From a virus (taxonomy: Duplodnaviria; Caudoviricetes): 64,000 nt of DNA. Under the pieces are notes generated by a model. That model did no database searches, was not told where the DNA came from, and saw only the letters and a list, made by a program, of their open reading frames with translations. The DNA lies in IMG/VR virus record IMGVR_UViG_3300025769_000104, positions 686-64,685 of that record; one strand, written 5' to 3'. Positions 41,001 through 51,321 of this stretch are shown here, one piece after another (position 1 is the first letter of the stretch; each line of letters begins with the position of its first letter). The translations under genes were made by a program, and so were the position numbers.

Positions 41001-42385
41001 GAAAAAGTTTGACCATTACTTTGTGTTAATACTGTAGGAGCGGTAATTCCTGAAGCTGAGATTGTTCCTACTAATGCGCTTATGTATGATCTATACCCTG
41101 CAGGAACAACTTGAAATTTTGAATCAAAACTACCCCCAGATCCTGTAAAATATACTGTTACATCTTGTCCATTTGTAAATTGATTTTCAATTAAATATTG
41201 AGCATAATATCCATAATCTGCATATAAACCAAATTGAGTGGATCCAGAAGCTGGGGTTCCATTTAATCCTGCTTGTCCAAAGAGACTACTTGTATAGCTA
41301 TATGTTCCTTCATAAAGTTTTACATTAGATAAATTAGGTAATAGATTTAAAAAAGCTCCTTGTGATTGTAAAAACCCTCCAAGACCTCTAGGATAATCAT
41401 TTAAAGAATAAGATACAGGTAAATTATTTTGGAATAATTGGAATCCTAATGATGCTGTAGGTTCTGATAGATTAACTTTCCAATATTGGTTAGGTGAAGT
41501 TCCTTTTAATTCTATATTATCAATATCATAAAAAACGTAATTGGATGCGCTTATAAATCTTATTTGTCCACCTTCTTTTCCATTTTCATAAGATGAAGAT
41601 AAATTTGTAAATTCAGGATCATTAATTTGTTCGGTAGCTATAAAAGCAGCTGTTGCTAGCTCTACATCTGAGTTGTTTAAAGCAACTTTATTTGATCCAG
41701 GGTTTGCATCTGATGTGCTAGTATTAAATGACCATCCTGAATAAAAGTTGTAATCAAAATTTTCTTGGTATAAGAAAAATTGAGCTCCATATGCAGGAGG
41801 AGAGGATAAGGTATGGTATTTAGTATAGACCCAAGGGTGAATACCTCTACTATCATTTTCTACAGAAAAAGAACCACTAACTCTTTGAACATTAATAGTT
41901 GCATTAGTATTTCCTATAATATCTAATTGTTTTTCAAGAAAAACGCCCGGAATATCTTGGCCTACATTACCATTATCTGCATTAGTATTAATTGGGTATC
42001 CTTCGGGTAGCCAAGGAAAAGCAGGTATACCAGATCCTGTTTCCGTTACAATATATGCTTTATAAGGTCTATGTAAATGTGGGTTATATCTATAAGTTGG
42101 TCCATCCCCTCCTTGTCCAGCGTTAAATCCTCTATATACCCATAATTCTTGATCTGATCTTAAAGGGATTTCTGTTGTATCATTTCCATTTTGTACTACA
42201 TAAGAAGAATTAAGCCCTAAAGCAGAAATTTTAGACAAATATACCCCTCCAACTGGTGGTGTTGGCATTTTAGGGGTATTGATCAAATTATTCATACCAA
42301 CTTTATTAGTAGATCCTGAAACCACAATTTGGTTTGTATCTTCTTTAAAGTAATATTTAATATTTGGTTCTTGTGCTTCAGCCAT
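38057..42385 (-). CDS. Large virion structural protein
   Basis: 1442 aa in the baseplate cluster; carries a copy of the fibre globular domain. Confidence 0.6.
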   Translation of the reverse strand: MAEAQEPNIKYYFKEDTNQIVVSGSTNKVGMNNLINTPKMPTPPVGGVYLSKISALGLNSSYVVQNGNDTTEIPLRSDQELWVYRGFNAGQGGDGPTYRYNPHLHRPYKAYIVTETGSGIPAFPWLPEGYPINTNADNGNVGQDIPGVFLEKQLDIIGNTNATINVQRVSGSFSVENDSRGIHPWVYTKYHTLSSPPAYGAQFFLYQENFDYNFYSGWSFNTSTSDANPGSNKVALNNSDVELATAAFIATEQINDPEFTNLSSSYENGKEGGQIRFISASNYVFYDIDNIELKGTSPNQYWKVNLSEPTASLGFQLFQNNLPVSYSLNDYPRGLGGFLQSQGAFLNLLPNLSNVKLYEGTYSYTSSLFGQAGLNGTPASGSTQFGLYADYGYYAQYLIENQFTNGQDVTVYFTGSGGSFDSKFQVVPAGYRSYISALVGTISASGITAPTVLTQSNGQTFSSTCNVTITSPDTPGTTPSNIFATRVSDVYISYSASLSSSLDGLYIFNQLPQNDVQVTASMFLTAWTGSDPDGAKYGTADYGTDDYGEGEAGDGPTWPTASLRIYTGSYPSRPFGVTGDFVTESMFMDENIHVNGLAITMSYLIPSQSIRIKDCLQISLAVTSSQPLKTIESSLVVSEYYLEFNTPTQSIEGDGRVPTFIENAFDNTLGLSNTPDCQPLINNVVGERTNKFIQNVDYTTGAYMPTNFQLILSGSASKATVPESYYTQLAQINPRYLGSETEASKVNSIELLKNGYGNLPVIDYLTGYFAYADQVLDPYPVVNNKVQLNLKYLINAAGDALQPILSPYTAFDVQGSWTAGDLGRLGVNQISGSSQYDSLNGLNSIYEVAKEPVGVLWSQTSADGFSQFVPLGGNPEVISNFTASFLQQSMTANGRSYSAQNKSSRSSANDVVKNITMNNVFAGASQSGYFSFSTGSRYGDAGTYGSNEASSSIISEFTPVTNPPYDASTQSNKQGYIFFTKDIVQGFGTPSSDLSDNWRIRMRTEFPTTPPFEYRTDAGGWNDSSDYNRTDVGYIKLRVYKSSSGTGGWNLVTMSQVTRPILRLFFSGGAELDLDLINIFGSNNAGFRNNNTEYHFQINPQALRSATTQLGRQIQSALYASFIFNIETNEILNGGVYYRVQADQYYNPESVDAARNYWNPVLTAAQFDSRPCPARAYSGPYINIALQGDRAASSEQDGALNAPYWVFSGSAFGGQYETRDKIQLIAENGNDAYGNGYIMGYLPYTASNNLRFPGGLEPTDTEIPQYNIEWELQVNDEIRFENSEALTYKIIEIEAPEPLENENLLTLTLDGEVDPSVNMDFFLIRRYRYSPNTVILDNLFPYGNLKVVQTQVNNNLTDAITTFSSDQDGIGEVTPEPGNGAFYTQSMSSTSSGSTSYVTTILPLTKKDNTPNGFFFPEYPTGDIELNTDEVIKDLRDKKLIE

Positions 42386-42405
42386 GTCTTATATAAATAT
42401 TTATT

Positions 42406-45400
42406 TTAAGGAAGTGCTGGTGGGATACCTCCACCACCTCCTCCTGTACCACCATCATAATAGTATTGTCTAATTTGACAATAGAAATTATTAGCTGGGT
42501 TATTAGTATTTGTTATATATACTCTTGCTTCTCTATCTACTAAATTTCCACCTGCAATCCCTGCATTTGCTACATTAATATAAACTGTATAATCTCCTGT
42601 ACCCGAGGTAGTAGATGGAATAACCCATCCATTACCATCAGTATATTGAATACTTAATGTCCATTCAACATTATTATTTGTACAATCAATTTGAAGGGGA
42701 ATGGATGTATTTCCTGTAGCATTGAAACTTGTCATTCCAGGAGAACAAGTTATTAATAAAGTACCTCCAGGTGGTATTACTACAATTGGGGAAATGAGTA
42801 AGCCTGCATCTACAGGGGTTGGGGTTGAAGCTGTTATAAACCTCATACCTAAATCTACTACTGAGGCTGTAAAAGACCCTGTAAATAGTTGTAAAGAAGA
42901 AGAAAAAGTTCCTCCTGCAAGTGAGCTTGCACTTAAAGCCATAATTGTAGCTGCAGGTGCATTAGTAAACCAGGGTGTTTGACTTGCAGTATAAGGTGAC
43001 CAACCATCATTATCTTGTTCTACTGATCCTGTATTAAAGTTTCCTAGTACATCTGTGCTAAACCCACTACCTGTTTCTACTCTATAAACTGTACCATCGG
43101 CATTAGTTTGAAAGTAGTTTGATTTACCCCAACCTCTAAAGAAAGATTCTGTTGGAAAATCAGGTGATCTATCTGTTGGAGGAAAATAACCTTGTGGAAT
43201 AGAGGCACTAATTCCTATTGTTGGTAATACAGTTGGGTCTTCTCCTGATGCTGTTGCATAATAAGCATAAATACCGCTTGCACTAAATGATAAATCATAA
43301 AATGCAGTATCATATGAAGTAACAGCATCTGAAGATGGTTCCTGATTAACAATTATTAATGTTGCATTTTCAGTAAATGGGTTATTATCATCTTGTACTG
43401 AAACATTTGATATATACCATGTTTGGAATCCTTGGATTAAGTTTCCTTCATAATCTTGAGCACCTGTCAAATAAAGTGTTAGATACGAAGAATCTGTTAT
43501 AAAGGGTAAAATTGAAACTCCATTAGTATCAACATTAGATATTTTAATGTATTCAATTTTTGGATTTGGTACTGTGTTATCATACCACAACCAAACATTA
43601 CCTGCTAATGGTAAATTTTCTTCACTTAAGAATGTTTCTTCATCAAATTGTGTTTGATTAAACCATTGTATTCTAAAGAAATAATCTATAATATCGTTTT
43701 GCCCAAAAAAAGCAGAACATACATCTTTAGCCCCTACTTGAATAGCATCTCCAAATTCACCATTATAAAATTCCCTTTGGTCATATCTTCTATATGTTAC
43801 TGGGGGTAATGAATTTGAACTACTATGTTGTGTTTGATATGCAGGAGTAATACCTAAACCAGGTACTATTGATTCACTCCAAGCTTGTTGATAATCTGGA
43901 TATTGTGCGAATAATGCAGATGCAGATACAGAAGCAGCTGTTTCTCCACTATATGGTTCTCCTGCTATTTCAAAACATATATTCCATATACTTTCATCTG
44001 TAAGATTTTGGGCTCCAAGAACAGGAACACTACTTAAACTGTTGTCTGTTACTGTTAAGTAAAATTGATACTGATGGGTAAAATCACCATAAGGGGCATT
44101 TTGATAAACCTCATCTCCTGCTCCATAACCACCAAAAAATACAGCTCTATCAATTCTCCAAGTCATATAACTTCCATCTGGGTTTGAAGAATCTTGAGCT
44201 GTAATATAATTAATTTGATTAGCGGATGATGCTGAAACATATGCCATTAAAGCAGCATTGTTTTGTAAATCTCCTCCTACTACATTAATACTCATAGTAT
44301 TAGTAGAATTTGAAGCATCTATATTAGTAAGTAACCAAGTTCCAGATTCTGTATTAGGTAATAATACTTCTGTAGATGAAGTATAACTATATTTGTACAT
44401 ACAAATTTCTGTATTTGATGCGCTTATAGGAGCAGCATAAATACTATTATATGGTTCAAATACTCCTCCAGTTCCGCCGCTAAATACTTCAATTGAAGAA
44501 CCACTAATAGTAGAATATTGTGGGTAAGAACTTGAAGCAAGTGCATCTTGACCTGATCCAGGGGTTAAACCTGCATAAGCAGTTACATTTTTATTAGAAT
44601 TAGGTACTTGATAATCTCTTGCAAAGGATTTAACTGAACCTGAATATATAGGTTCACTATAAGACATTGAAGGGGGAGCTTGTCTATTTCTTTCTAATAG
44701 ATTCTGTTTTACCACTACACCTGAAGATAAACTAGTGCGAGCAGGTGTAAAATCATCAATCATCTTAAATAGTGAGTTATCTAAGAATTTAATTAATCTT
44801 ATAAAATCATTTACATCATAGTTTTTAATATATTTTGTAAAATAAGCATCCCTTAAAGCATCTAATTGCGGGTATGTAACCCCAGATTCACTTATTTGTC
44901 TTGGGTCCCCAATATAATCACCTAAATTAAAAGCACCAATTTGGGCTATAATATCATCATTAACCTGATCTGTAGGTGAGAATGCTACTTCTAAGTAATT
45001 TATACTTGGACTACTTCCACTTGGAAAAGTTTCTTGTTGAATTGATCTATATGGGGATAAAGTAGAACCTGTTGGTAATACTTCTTGATCAATTTTAATT
45101 TTATCAGAAATTCTATTCTTAATACCACCTGGTACTTGATTTAAATAGATACTTTCTGTATTTTGTATCCAAGATCCTGTTAAGTAAAATCCACTAGTAC
45201 CATCTACAAATGAAGAGGTTAATGCCCAAGATCCTGTTACTTTAGGGTGGATTGAAGTTCTACTTCCTGTGTCTAAAGTTGTACCTAAATCTGCTCTAAA
45301 TACTAAATCATCAGGTGTAGAGTTAATTGTATTACCTTGGGTTGAATATGGGTTAACTACATAATCATAAAATAAACTTTCACTTAAAGGAATATCCCAA

Positions 45401-47775
45401 TATCTTACTTCTTGTAAGGCGCCCGTTAATGGATGATGATCTATACCATCTATACTTAAAGCACTTGCACTTGGTAAACTTGATGTTGATGTTGTTTTCC
45501 AATATTGAGTTGTAGCCCCTACAAAAGCGGATTGTGAGAATCCTATGTTTTCTCCTATTCTATTAGCTGCGTATAAAGATGCTGTATTATTTACATCATA
45601 ATCAATAGTAGCCATTATTGACCACCAATCACCATTAAAGAAAGGAGCATCTATACTAGCAGTAACTGAAGTATCTACAGTACCATCAGGATATAGTTTT
45701 AAAGTACCGTAAGCATTACTTTCACTAGGTATAGAACCTGAATATGAACCACTAGTTAATCCTGATCCGGTATATTCTAATGTTATAAAACATCTGTTAG
45801 CATCCCCTACCCAAACATTATAGTAAGCAGAAGATGTAGGTACACCGGGTGTTTTAAATCTAAATTGTAATGATCTTGGTGCTGTGTTTACATTTTGAAA
45901 ATCACTATTAATTATAAAGGAAGAAGTAATTCTTGATTCAACCCCATCTAAGTGTAAAGCATAATTAAATACATTTTCACTATAGTCCCAATCTCTAAAA
46001 TTATTTCTATCTTTACCCCCAAATTCATTAACTCTTAAAATAGTACTAGGAATACCATAAGAAGTAATTAAGGCTCTAATCCCAGATAATGTACCTTTAG
46101 TTTTAAGTAAATAAGGTAAATTATGGTAAATACGTTTATATAAACGCTTATTAGCATTGTCTAATGGGATTATGTCATCCGACCCAGATATTTGAGTATC
46201 TACATATTCAAACCCAGAAGGTGCGGGGTAACTGCTAGTAATAGCTGGTAAAGGGAATGTACTTCCTGAAGGGGTTAAACCTAAGAAAGCAGCATATAAA
46301 TCATTAGTATTAAAATTATTAGAATATAATTTAACACCAAAGTCTCTAATAGCGTCTGCTACTAAATCTTTAGAAATACCATAATCTAGACGGTTGTCAG
46401 CATTAAATCTTGTAGTAATATTTTTAATATATTGCCAACTATTATCATATTGTTGGGCAACCATATCAACAAATAAAATATACTTTTGATTTGCAGAATC
46501 ATCTCTTAAATATTCTGGAATAGAATAATATAAATAGTTTTGGTTATTTATGTCATAATTTGAAGCTGAAAGAGCTTGACCACCATAATAAGCATTATTA
46601 GGGTCAGCACTACCTAACCAATTTAATACTTCACTACTTCCCGTAGAATATAAAGTATATGGAGGTTCAGTATTTGATTTAGGATAAGAATATTCAGATC
46701 CACTATTAAAATAAAGGAAATATTCATATCCATCAAAATTTTGAATTATACTTTGGATACTAGTAGTTAATTCAGCTTTACTCGCACTGTAAGTGGCACT
46801 ATCTGTTGGTAAATCAACAATGGCATTACTTGAGGATTCAATTAATCCTGCTTTATAATAAAAATTTTCTAATCTTGTTAATGCAGAAGAAAAATATATA
46901 AAATTATTATAATCTGTATAATCAACACTTATATTAATTTCTTTTCTACTTAATATATTTTTTAATTGTTGATAAGAACTTGTTATATTACTTTGTAATA
47001 AGGTATCAAAGTTAAATTCTTGTCCTGATTCCCCGGTTTGTTGGGTGACTTTAATACTATAGTTAGGTCCTTGGATATATTGAAAATCATCAGGTTGAAA
47101 AACTATAGGTGGAAAAGTAATTTCGTATGCTTGTGATGTAGAAAGTTCTTCAACTACCCATAAAGTATCTTTTAAATCAAAGTTTGGGGGTAATGCTTCG
47201 TATAATTTAACTAGTACAGAAGGTTGTTTTTCAGTTTTAACATCTAACTGAATGTTATTGGCTATAACTTGTTGGTCTCCCCCAAAGTTGAGGAGGAAAT
47301 CTACAAAATAAGGTTGTGTTTCTCTATATTCAATAAATTCATTACTTGAAGTAATAATAGTTTCAAAAGGGATTGCAGTACTTTTTAATCTAAGTTCTGT
47401 TCTATCACTACTAATTTCACTAATATAATAGTTTACAGTAATATCAGAACCTAATCTTTTTCTGTAAAAATTATAAGTGGAATAAAAAGTACCTTGATCA
47501 TACCCTAAATCTTCTAAGTCATGAACCGGATCAATAAGTACATCACCATTTATTACTTTATAATTAAGTTGATTATATACTTTATTATCACTTAAATTAG
47601 GAAAAATTAAATTTTTATTCCCATCATAAGCATAATATTCAATATAATCTATAGATGAAGAAAAAGCAGTATCATACCTACTAGAAGATATTAAAAAATT
47701 ATCTTGCTCTGTATATTGTTGATACTCAAATGTTGTTGGATCAACCTGGTTTATTATGATATTATTTTCTTCCAT
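42406..47775 (-). CDS. Large baseplate protein with LamG-like region and C-terminal BACON-like domain
   Basis: YLLKTKGT..GIRALI..YG wedge-like motif; GALQEVRYW; WVIPSTTSGTG...REARV. Confidence 0.6.
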   Translation of the reverse strand: MEENNIIINQVDPTTFEYQQYTEQDNFLISSSRYDTAFSSSIDYIEYYAYDGNKNLIFPNLSDNKVYNQLNYKVINGDVLIDPVHDLEDLGYDQGTFYSTYNFYRKRLGSDITVNYYISEISSDRTELRLKSTAIPFETIITSSNEFIEYRETQPYFVDFLLNFGGDQQVIANNIQLDVKTEKQPSVLVKLYEALPPNFDLKDTLWVVEELSTSQAYEITFPPIVFQPDDFQYIQGPNYSIKVTQQTGESGQEFNFDTLLQSNITSSYQQLKNILSRKEINISVDYTDYNNFIYFSSALTRLENFYYKAGLIESSSNAIVDLPTDSATYSASKAELTTSIQSIIQNFDGYEYFLYFNSGSEYSYPKSNTEPPYTLYSTGSSEVLNWLGSADPNNAYYGGQALSASNYDINNQNYLYYSIPEYLRDDSANQKYILFVDMVAQQYDNSWQYIKNITTRFNADNRLDYGISKDLVADAIRDFGVKLYSNNFNTNDLYAAFLGLTPSGSTFPLPAITSSYPAPSGFEYVDTQISGSDDIIPLDNANKRLYKRIYHNLPYLLKTKGTLSGIRALITSYGIPSTILRVNEFGGKDRNNFRDWDYSENVFNYALHLDGVESRITSSFIINSDFQNVNTAPRSLQFRFKTPGVPTSSAYYNVWVGDANRCFITLEYTGSGLTSGSYSGSIPSESNAYGTLKLYPDGTVDTSVTASIDAPFFNGDWWSIMATIDYDVNNTASLYAANRIGENIGFSQSAFVGATTQYWKTTSTSSLPSASALSIDGIDHHPLTGALQEVRYWDIPLSESLFYDYVVNPYSTQGNTINSTPDDLVFRADLGTTLDTGSRTSIHPKVTGSWALTSSFVDGTSGFYLTGSWIQNTESIYLNQVPGGIKNRISDKIKIDQEVLPTGSTLSPYRSIQQETFPSGSSPSINYLEVAFSPTDQVNDDIIAQIGAFNLGDYIGDPRQISESGVTYPQLDALRDAYFTKYIKNYDVNDFIRLIKFLDNSLFKMIDDFTPARTSLSSGVVVKQNLLERNRQAPPSMSYSEPIYSGSVKSFARDYQVPNSNKNVTAYAGLTPGSGQDALASSSYPQYSTISGSSIEVFSGGTGGVFEPYNSIYAAPISASNTEICMYKYSYTSSTEVLLPNTESGTWLLTNIDASNSTNTMSINVVGGDLQNNAALMAYVSASSANQINYITAQDSSNPDGSYMTWRIDRAVFFGGYGAGDEVYQNAPYGDFTHQYQFYLTVTDNSLSSVPVLGAQNLTDESIWNICFEIAGEPYSGETAASVSASALFAQYPDYQQAWSESIVPGLGITPAYQTQHSSSNSLPPVTYRRYDQREFYNGEFGDAIQVGAKDVCSAFFGQNDIIDYFFRIQWFNQTQFDEETFLSEENLPLAGNVWLWYDNTVPNPKIEYIKISNVDTNGVSILPFITDSSYLTLYLTGAQDYEGNLIQGFQTWYISNVSVQDDNNPFTENATLIIVNQEPSSDAVTSYDTAFYDLSFSASGIYAYYATASGEDPTVLPTIGISASIPQGYFPPTDRSPDFPTESFFRGWGKSNYFQTNADGTVYRVETGSGFSTDVLGNFNTGSVEQDNDGWSPYTASQTPWFTNAPAATIMALSASSLAGGTFSSSLQLFTGSFTASVVDLGMRFITASTPTPVDAGLLISPIVVIPPGGTLLITCSPGMTSFNATGNTSIPLQIDCTNNNVEWTLSIQYTDGNGWVIPSTTSGTGDYTVYINVANAGIAGGNLVDREARVYITNTNNPANNFYCQIRQYYYDGGTGGGGGGIPPALP

Positions 47776-47777
47776 AA

Positions 47778-48299
47778 TTAATTTCCTCCAGCATTACTAG
47801 TTGAATTAGGATTTGAAGGAGAGTTTGTTACTAAAGTTTGTGCTGTAGTACCTTGGTTTGAATTTAGGCCTCCTATATTATTCAATATATCTGCAAATTG
47901 TCCAGAATCTTCAAATGCGGTTTGATCAAATGAATCTAAATCTATATTTAATTTTTGTCCTGAAGCTAATTCAGCTTGGGCAATTTGAGATTCTAGTAAT
48001 TCTCTTCTTAATTGGGTAATTTCTAATCTTAAAGCCTCTATTTCTTCTTGATTAGCTTGATAATCTATGTATTCAGCACTAGTTTGTATTAAGTACTGAT
48101 GGGAATTAGAATTGCCATAAGCAGGAATTTCATAAAATAATTGATTATATAAATTAAAGAAATCAGTCACTGTAGGTGAAAGTTCTATTTGAGTATTAAT
48201 AGAAGTAACTCCTAATTCATTAAATCTTGTATTAATGATTGTTGGATAAACAGTTTTATTATACCCCTTTTTCTTTAAATCTATTTTTCTTTCTTCCAT
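47778..48299 (-). CDS. Hypothetical structural protein
   Basis: 173 aa with coiled-coil segment. Confidence 0.5.
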   Translation of the reverse strand: MEERKIDLKKKGYNKTVYPTIINTRFNELGVTSINTQIELSPTVTDFFNLYNQLFYEIPAYGNSNSHQYLIQTSAEYIDYQANQEEIEALRLEITQLRRELLESQIAQAELASGQKLNIDLDSFDQTAFEDSGQFADILNNIGGLNSNQGTTAQTLVTNSPSNPNSTSNAGGN

Positions 48300-48307
48300 A
48301 GCTTACT

Positions 48308-49477
48308 TTACCCATTAACTACTTTAAAGTAATAATTTTCATCTAATACTATAGTTTGACCTTGGATTTCAGTTTGTACTAAGATATTATAGTATCTTTC
48401 AGGTTCCAAGCCATTCATGTAAACTGTAAAGAAACTTCCTGTTTCATCACAGCTAATTTGTGTAAATTCTGTGTCAAAGTCTATTACATATTCATTTGTA
48501 TCTAAATCTTTTATAGCATAATAAGATGATGAGGGTAAAGCATAATTAGTTGTGTATAATGAAGCAGTTTGAAATGTACGAACAGGAAATTCTGGTCTTA
48601 CATTTAATCTAAACTTATTTATACTTTCACTATAGAATACCCCTTCATTATTATCTAGTGCTACAAATAAATCAGGTGTATCGATTACATTTAAACTTCC
48701 AGTTTCATAAGAATAATCTCTCCACTTTATTTCTAGTTGTGGGGGGTATATTGTGTTTGTATCTACAGAATAATAACTTAATTGAGGTGAAATTGCACTT
48801 TCAGTTACAAATTCTTTAGAATCTTCCCACTTTAATAAAAACCCATTATTAGAAATTTCAATTTGTCCAGCATTTATATCTTTAGATGAAGAATACCAAA
48901 CTTTAAGTATATCTGTTACATTAACATCTAAATCTTTTTCACTTCTTAAGTTGAAAGATTGAGTTACTTTTAATGACCCAATATCAGTGTATCCCCCTGA
49001 TCCAGTATACCAAACACCACCACCTGCATTATTACTTCCTGAAAATGATCCAGTTGTTAAGGGTACAAATCCAGCTGCAGGCCAAGGACTTGATCCAGAA
49101 TAAGCTGAAAATCTCCAACTTACACCATTTTCACCTGCTACATTGTCTAAATACTGGCCTGATCCATTATTCCATGAACCTGATAAAGGGTAGATTTCTA
49201 TATTAGAATTTACAATTACATTTGATGCTTTAGCAACAAATGCTTTTAAACTTCCTGACCATTCATTCCAAGATCCTGTTACTTTAGCAATTGAATCTAT
49301 TGCGTTTTCAATTTCACTTTGATCAAATTGTATAATAGATCTAGCTACTCTAGCTACAGGATTAGATTGTGTTACATAATTGGCTATATCTAAAATAGGG
49401 TCTAACCCTGTGTTCATAGCTGGATAAGCACTATAGATTGAAGCATCTTGGGAAGGAAATAATTTGTATACTGCCAT
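48308..49477 (-). CDS. Virion protein (DNRLRE-like beta-sandwich)
   Basis: DASIYS...NTGLD...RSIIQFD...NNGFLLK...PQLEI. Confidence 0.55.
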   Translation of the reverse strand: MAVYKLFPSQDASIYSAYPAMNTGLDPILDIANYVTQSNPVARVARSIIQFDQSEIENAIDSIAKVTGSWNEWSGSLKAFVAKASNVIVNSNIEIYPLSGSWNNGSGQYLDNVAGENGVSWRFSAYSGSSPWPAAGFVPLTTGSFSGSNNAGGGVWYTGSGGYTDIGSLKVTQSFNLRSEKDLDVNVTDILKVWYSSSKDINAGQIEISNNGFLLKWEDSKEFVTESAISPQLSYYSVDTNTIYPPQLEIKWRDYSYETGSLNVIDTPDLFVALDNNEGVFYSESINKFRLNVRPEFPVRTFQTASLYTTNYALPSSSYYAIKDLDTNEYVIDFDTEFTQISCDETGSFFTVYMNGLEPERYYNILVQTEIQGQTIVLDENYYFKVVNG

Positions 49478-49479
49478 AA

Positions 49480-51321
49480 TTATAAGTTTACTACTCTACC
49501 TTTAATATCAACATTAGGATATTTTAATTCAAAAATACTTGGATCTAATGATGGATAGATAGTTCCATTTTGATTAGCTCCATTCATATCATAAGCCCAT
49601 TGTGAATAACCTGATGTTGTTCCTGCTATATTTGATATTAGTACTTTTTTTACTGTTTGTACACCATCTAAGGCATCTAATAATACATACAAATCAGGTA
49701 CAATAATAGGTTGAGCTATTTGCCATTTATCTATATCAAAATAATTTTGAAGTGCTATTATACACCTTTCAATAACTTCATTATTATTATAATTAGGATA
49801 AGTAATAATTTCAAAATTAACTCTAAAATTAATTACATATGCATCTTTAATACTAATAGTATCACCAATCATTCTATATTGTTCTAAATATCTTTTAAGA
49901 TTATTTTTTATAGTATCAGAAGCAGTTGTTAATTTATTATTTGAATTTTCAGTTAATACATAAAGATCTAAAGTTGTATTAGATGAAGTAGCATCTGGTT
50001 TTTGGGTAAATGCTTTAGAGATTTTACCATATTTAGAGGGCATACTTAAAGCTCTTACCAAATAATCATCTGCTGTTACGTTTCTTAATTGTGTAGAGAA
50101 GTTTGAAATTGAATTTTGTCTAATTTCTTCTATAGTGTCTCCATCTTTACCCCCGCTTGCAGCTCGTGCGTTATTCGCAGCTAAAGAATCAAACACATAC
50201 TGTGCTGTGGTACTATTTAGTCCTCCTTTTAAAAACTTTATATTTGAAGTATTAACATTAGTAATAGTATTAGATAAAACATTAGATTGAACCCCTCCTC
50301 CTGTATAATATCTTACTGTTAAAGTAGTATTTGTAGGTGAAACTCCATAAGTATTTGTAAATATAAAATTGGTAGGTGAATAAGCTGCTGTTAATTTATT
50401 TTGTTCAAAAGGTAAACCTAACCCTACATTAGCTGGATTTGGGATAATATTTTCAGTAGTATCATTTGGGTTTCCAGATCCAAATTGTAATTGAAGTTTA
50501 GTAGAAGATAAAAATCTTGTTGAAAATCTATTTTGTACTAATTTGGTTTGTAATAAATAAGGTGCATCTGTGTTTTGAGAAGTTTGAGGACTATTAATAT
50601 TAGTATTTTTTATACTATCATATACTAATTCTTGTCCTAAATAGTCTACTTCATACCATTTATTTCCATCTGAATCTGTTACATCTAAAATGCCTGCTAT
50701 ATTAGTATCATTAATTTCTAAAGTTAAAAATTCTTGAGGTGCACCTACTGAAAAAGTAACTGTGTTTATAGTCCCAGAAAATGAATTTCTAGTTTTCTTT
50801 AAAAGGAAATAGGTGGGGGCACCTGCTGATAACTGTGCTACAGATACTTCTGTAGGATCTAGTGAATTAGATACTGTAAAATCAATTGGTTCTTGAGTAG
50901 TGAAATTAACTATATTTCCTGCGGCTGTTGATACTTGAGTATTAGAAGGACAATATAGGGCATAATCATAATCTGGGACATAAACACTAGCAGATAAGGT
51001 AGCAGGAACTTGTTGATAAAAATCTAAAGTAGCTTCGGCTAATCCTGTAACTTTAGGTTTATATCCGTACATATAAGCCATATCATACAAGTTATCTGTT
51101 TGTCTGGCATATTGTAAAAAGTTTTCTTGGATTTGATTATCCATATAAAAGGATAAAACATCCCCAACATAGGCGGCCTGCTCCATAAACATCATACCTA
51201 CAGAAGTGTTAGCAAAATCTGTATAGGTAGATGGGAAATAAGTTTGGGAATAATTAATAAGTTGATTTCTAAACTCATTAAAATCCTTATTTATGTAATT
51301 TATATTTCTTCTTACAGCCAT
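49480..51321 (-). CDS. Baseplate wedge subunit (T4 gp6/baseplate J-like)
   Basis: KDFNEFR..L; AYVGDVLSFY; GYKP; QFGSG; ASGGKDGDTIEEIR; RNVTADDY. Confidence 0.85.
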   Translation of the reverse strand: MAVRRNINYINKDFNEFRNQLINYSQTYFPSTYTDFANTSVGMMFMEQAAYVGDVLSFYMDNQIQENFLQYARQTDNLYDMAYMYGYKPKVTGLAEATLDFYQQVPATLSASVYVPDYDYALYCPSNTQVSTAAGNIVNFTTQEPIDFTVSNSLDPTEVSVAQLSAGAPTYFLLKKTRNSFSGTINTVTFSVGAPQEFLTLEINDTNIAGILDVTDSDGNKWYEVDYLGQELVYDSIKNTNINSPQTSQNTDAPYLLQTKLVQNRFSTRFLSSTKLQLQFGSGNPNDTTENIIPNPANVGLGLPFEQNKLTAAYSPTNFIFTNTYGVSPTNTTLTVRYYTGGGVQSNVLSNTITNVNTSNIKFLKGGLNSTTAQYVFDSLAANNARAASGGKDGDTIEEIRQNSISNFSTQLRNVTADDYLVRALSMPSKYGKISKAFTQKPDATSSNTTLDLYVLTENSNNKLTTASDTIKNNLKRYLEQYRMIGDTISIKDAYVINFRVNFEIITYPNYNNNEVIERCIIALQNYFDIDKWQIAQPIIVPDLYVLLDALDGVQTVKKVLISNIAGTTSGYSQWAYDMNGANQNGTIYPSLDPSIFELKYPNVDIKGRVVNL

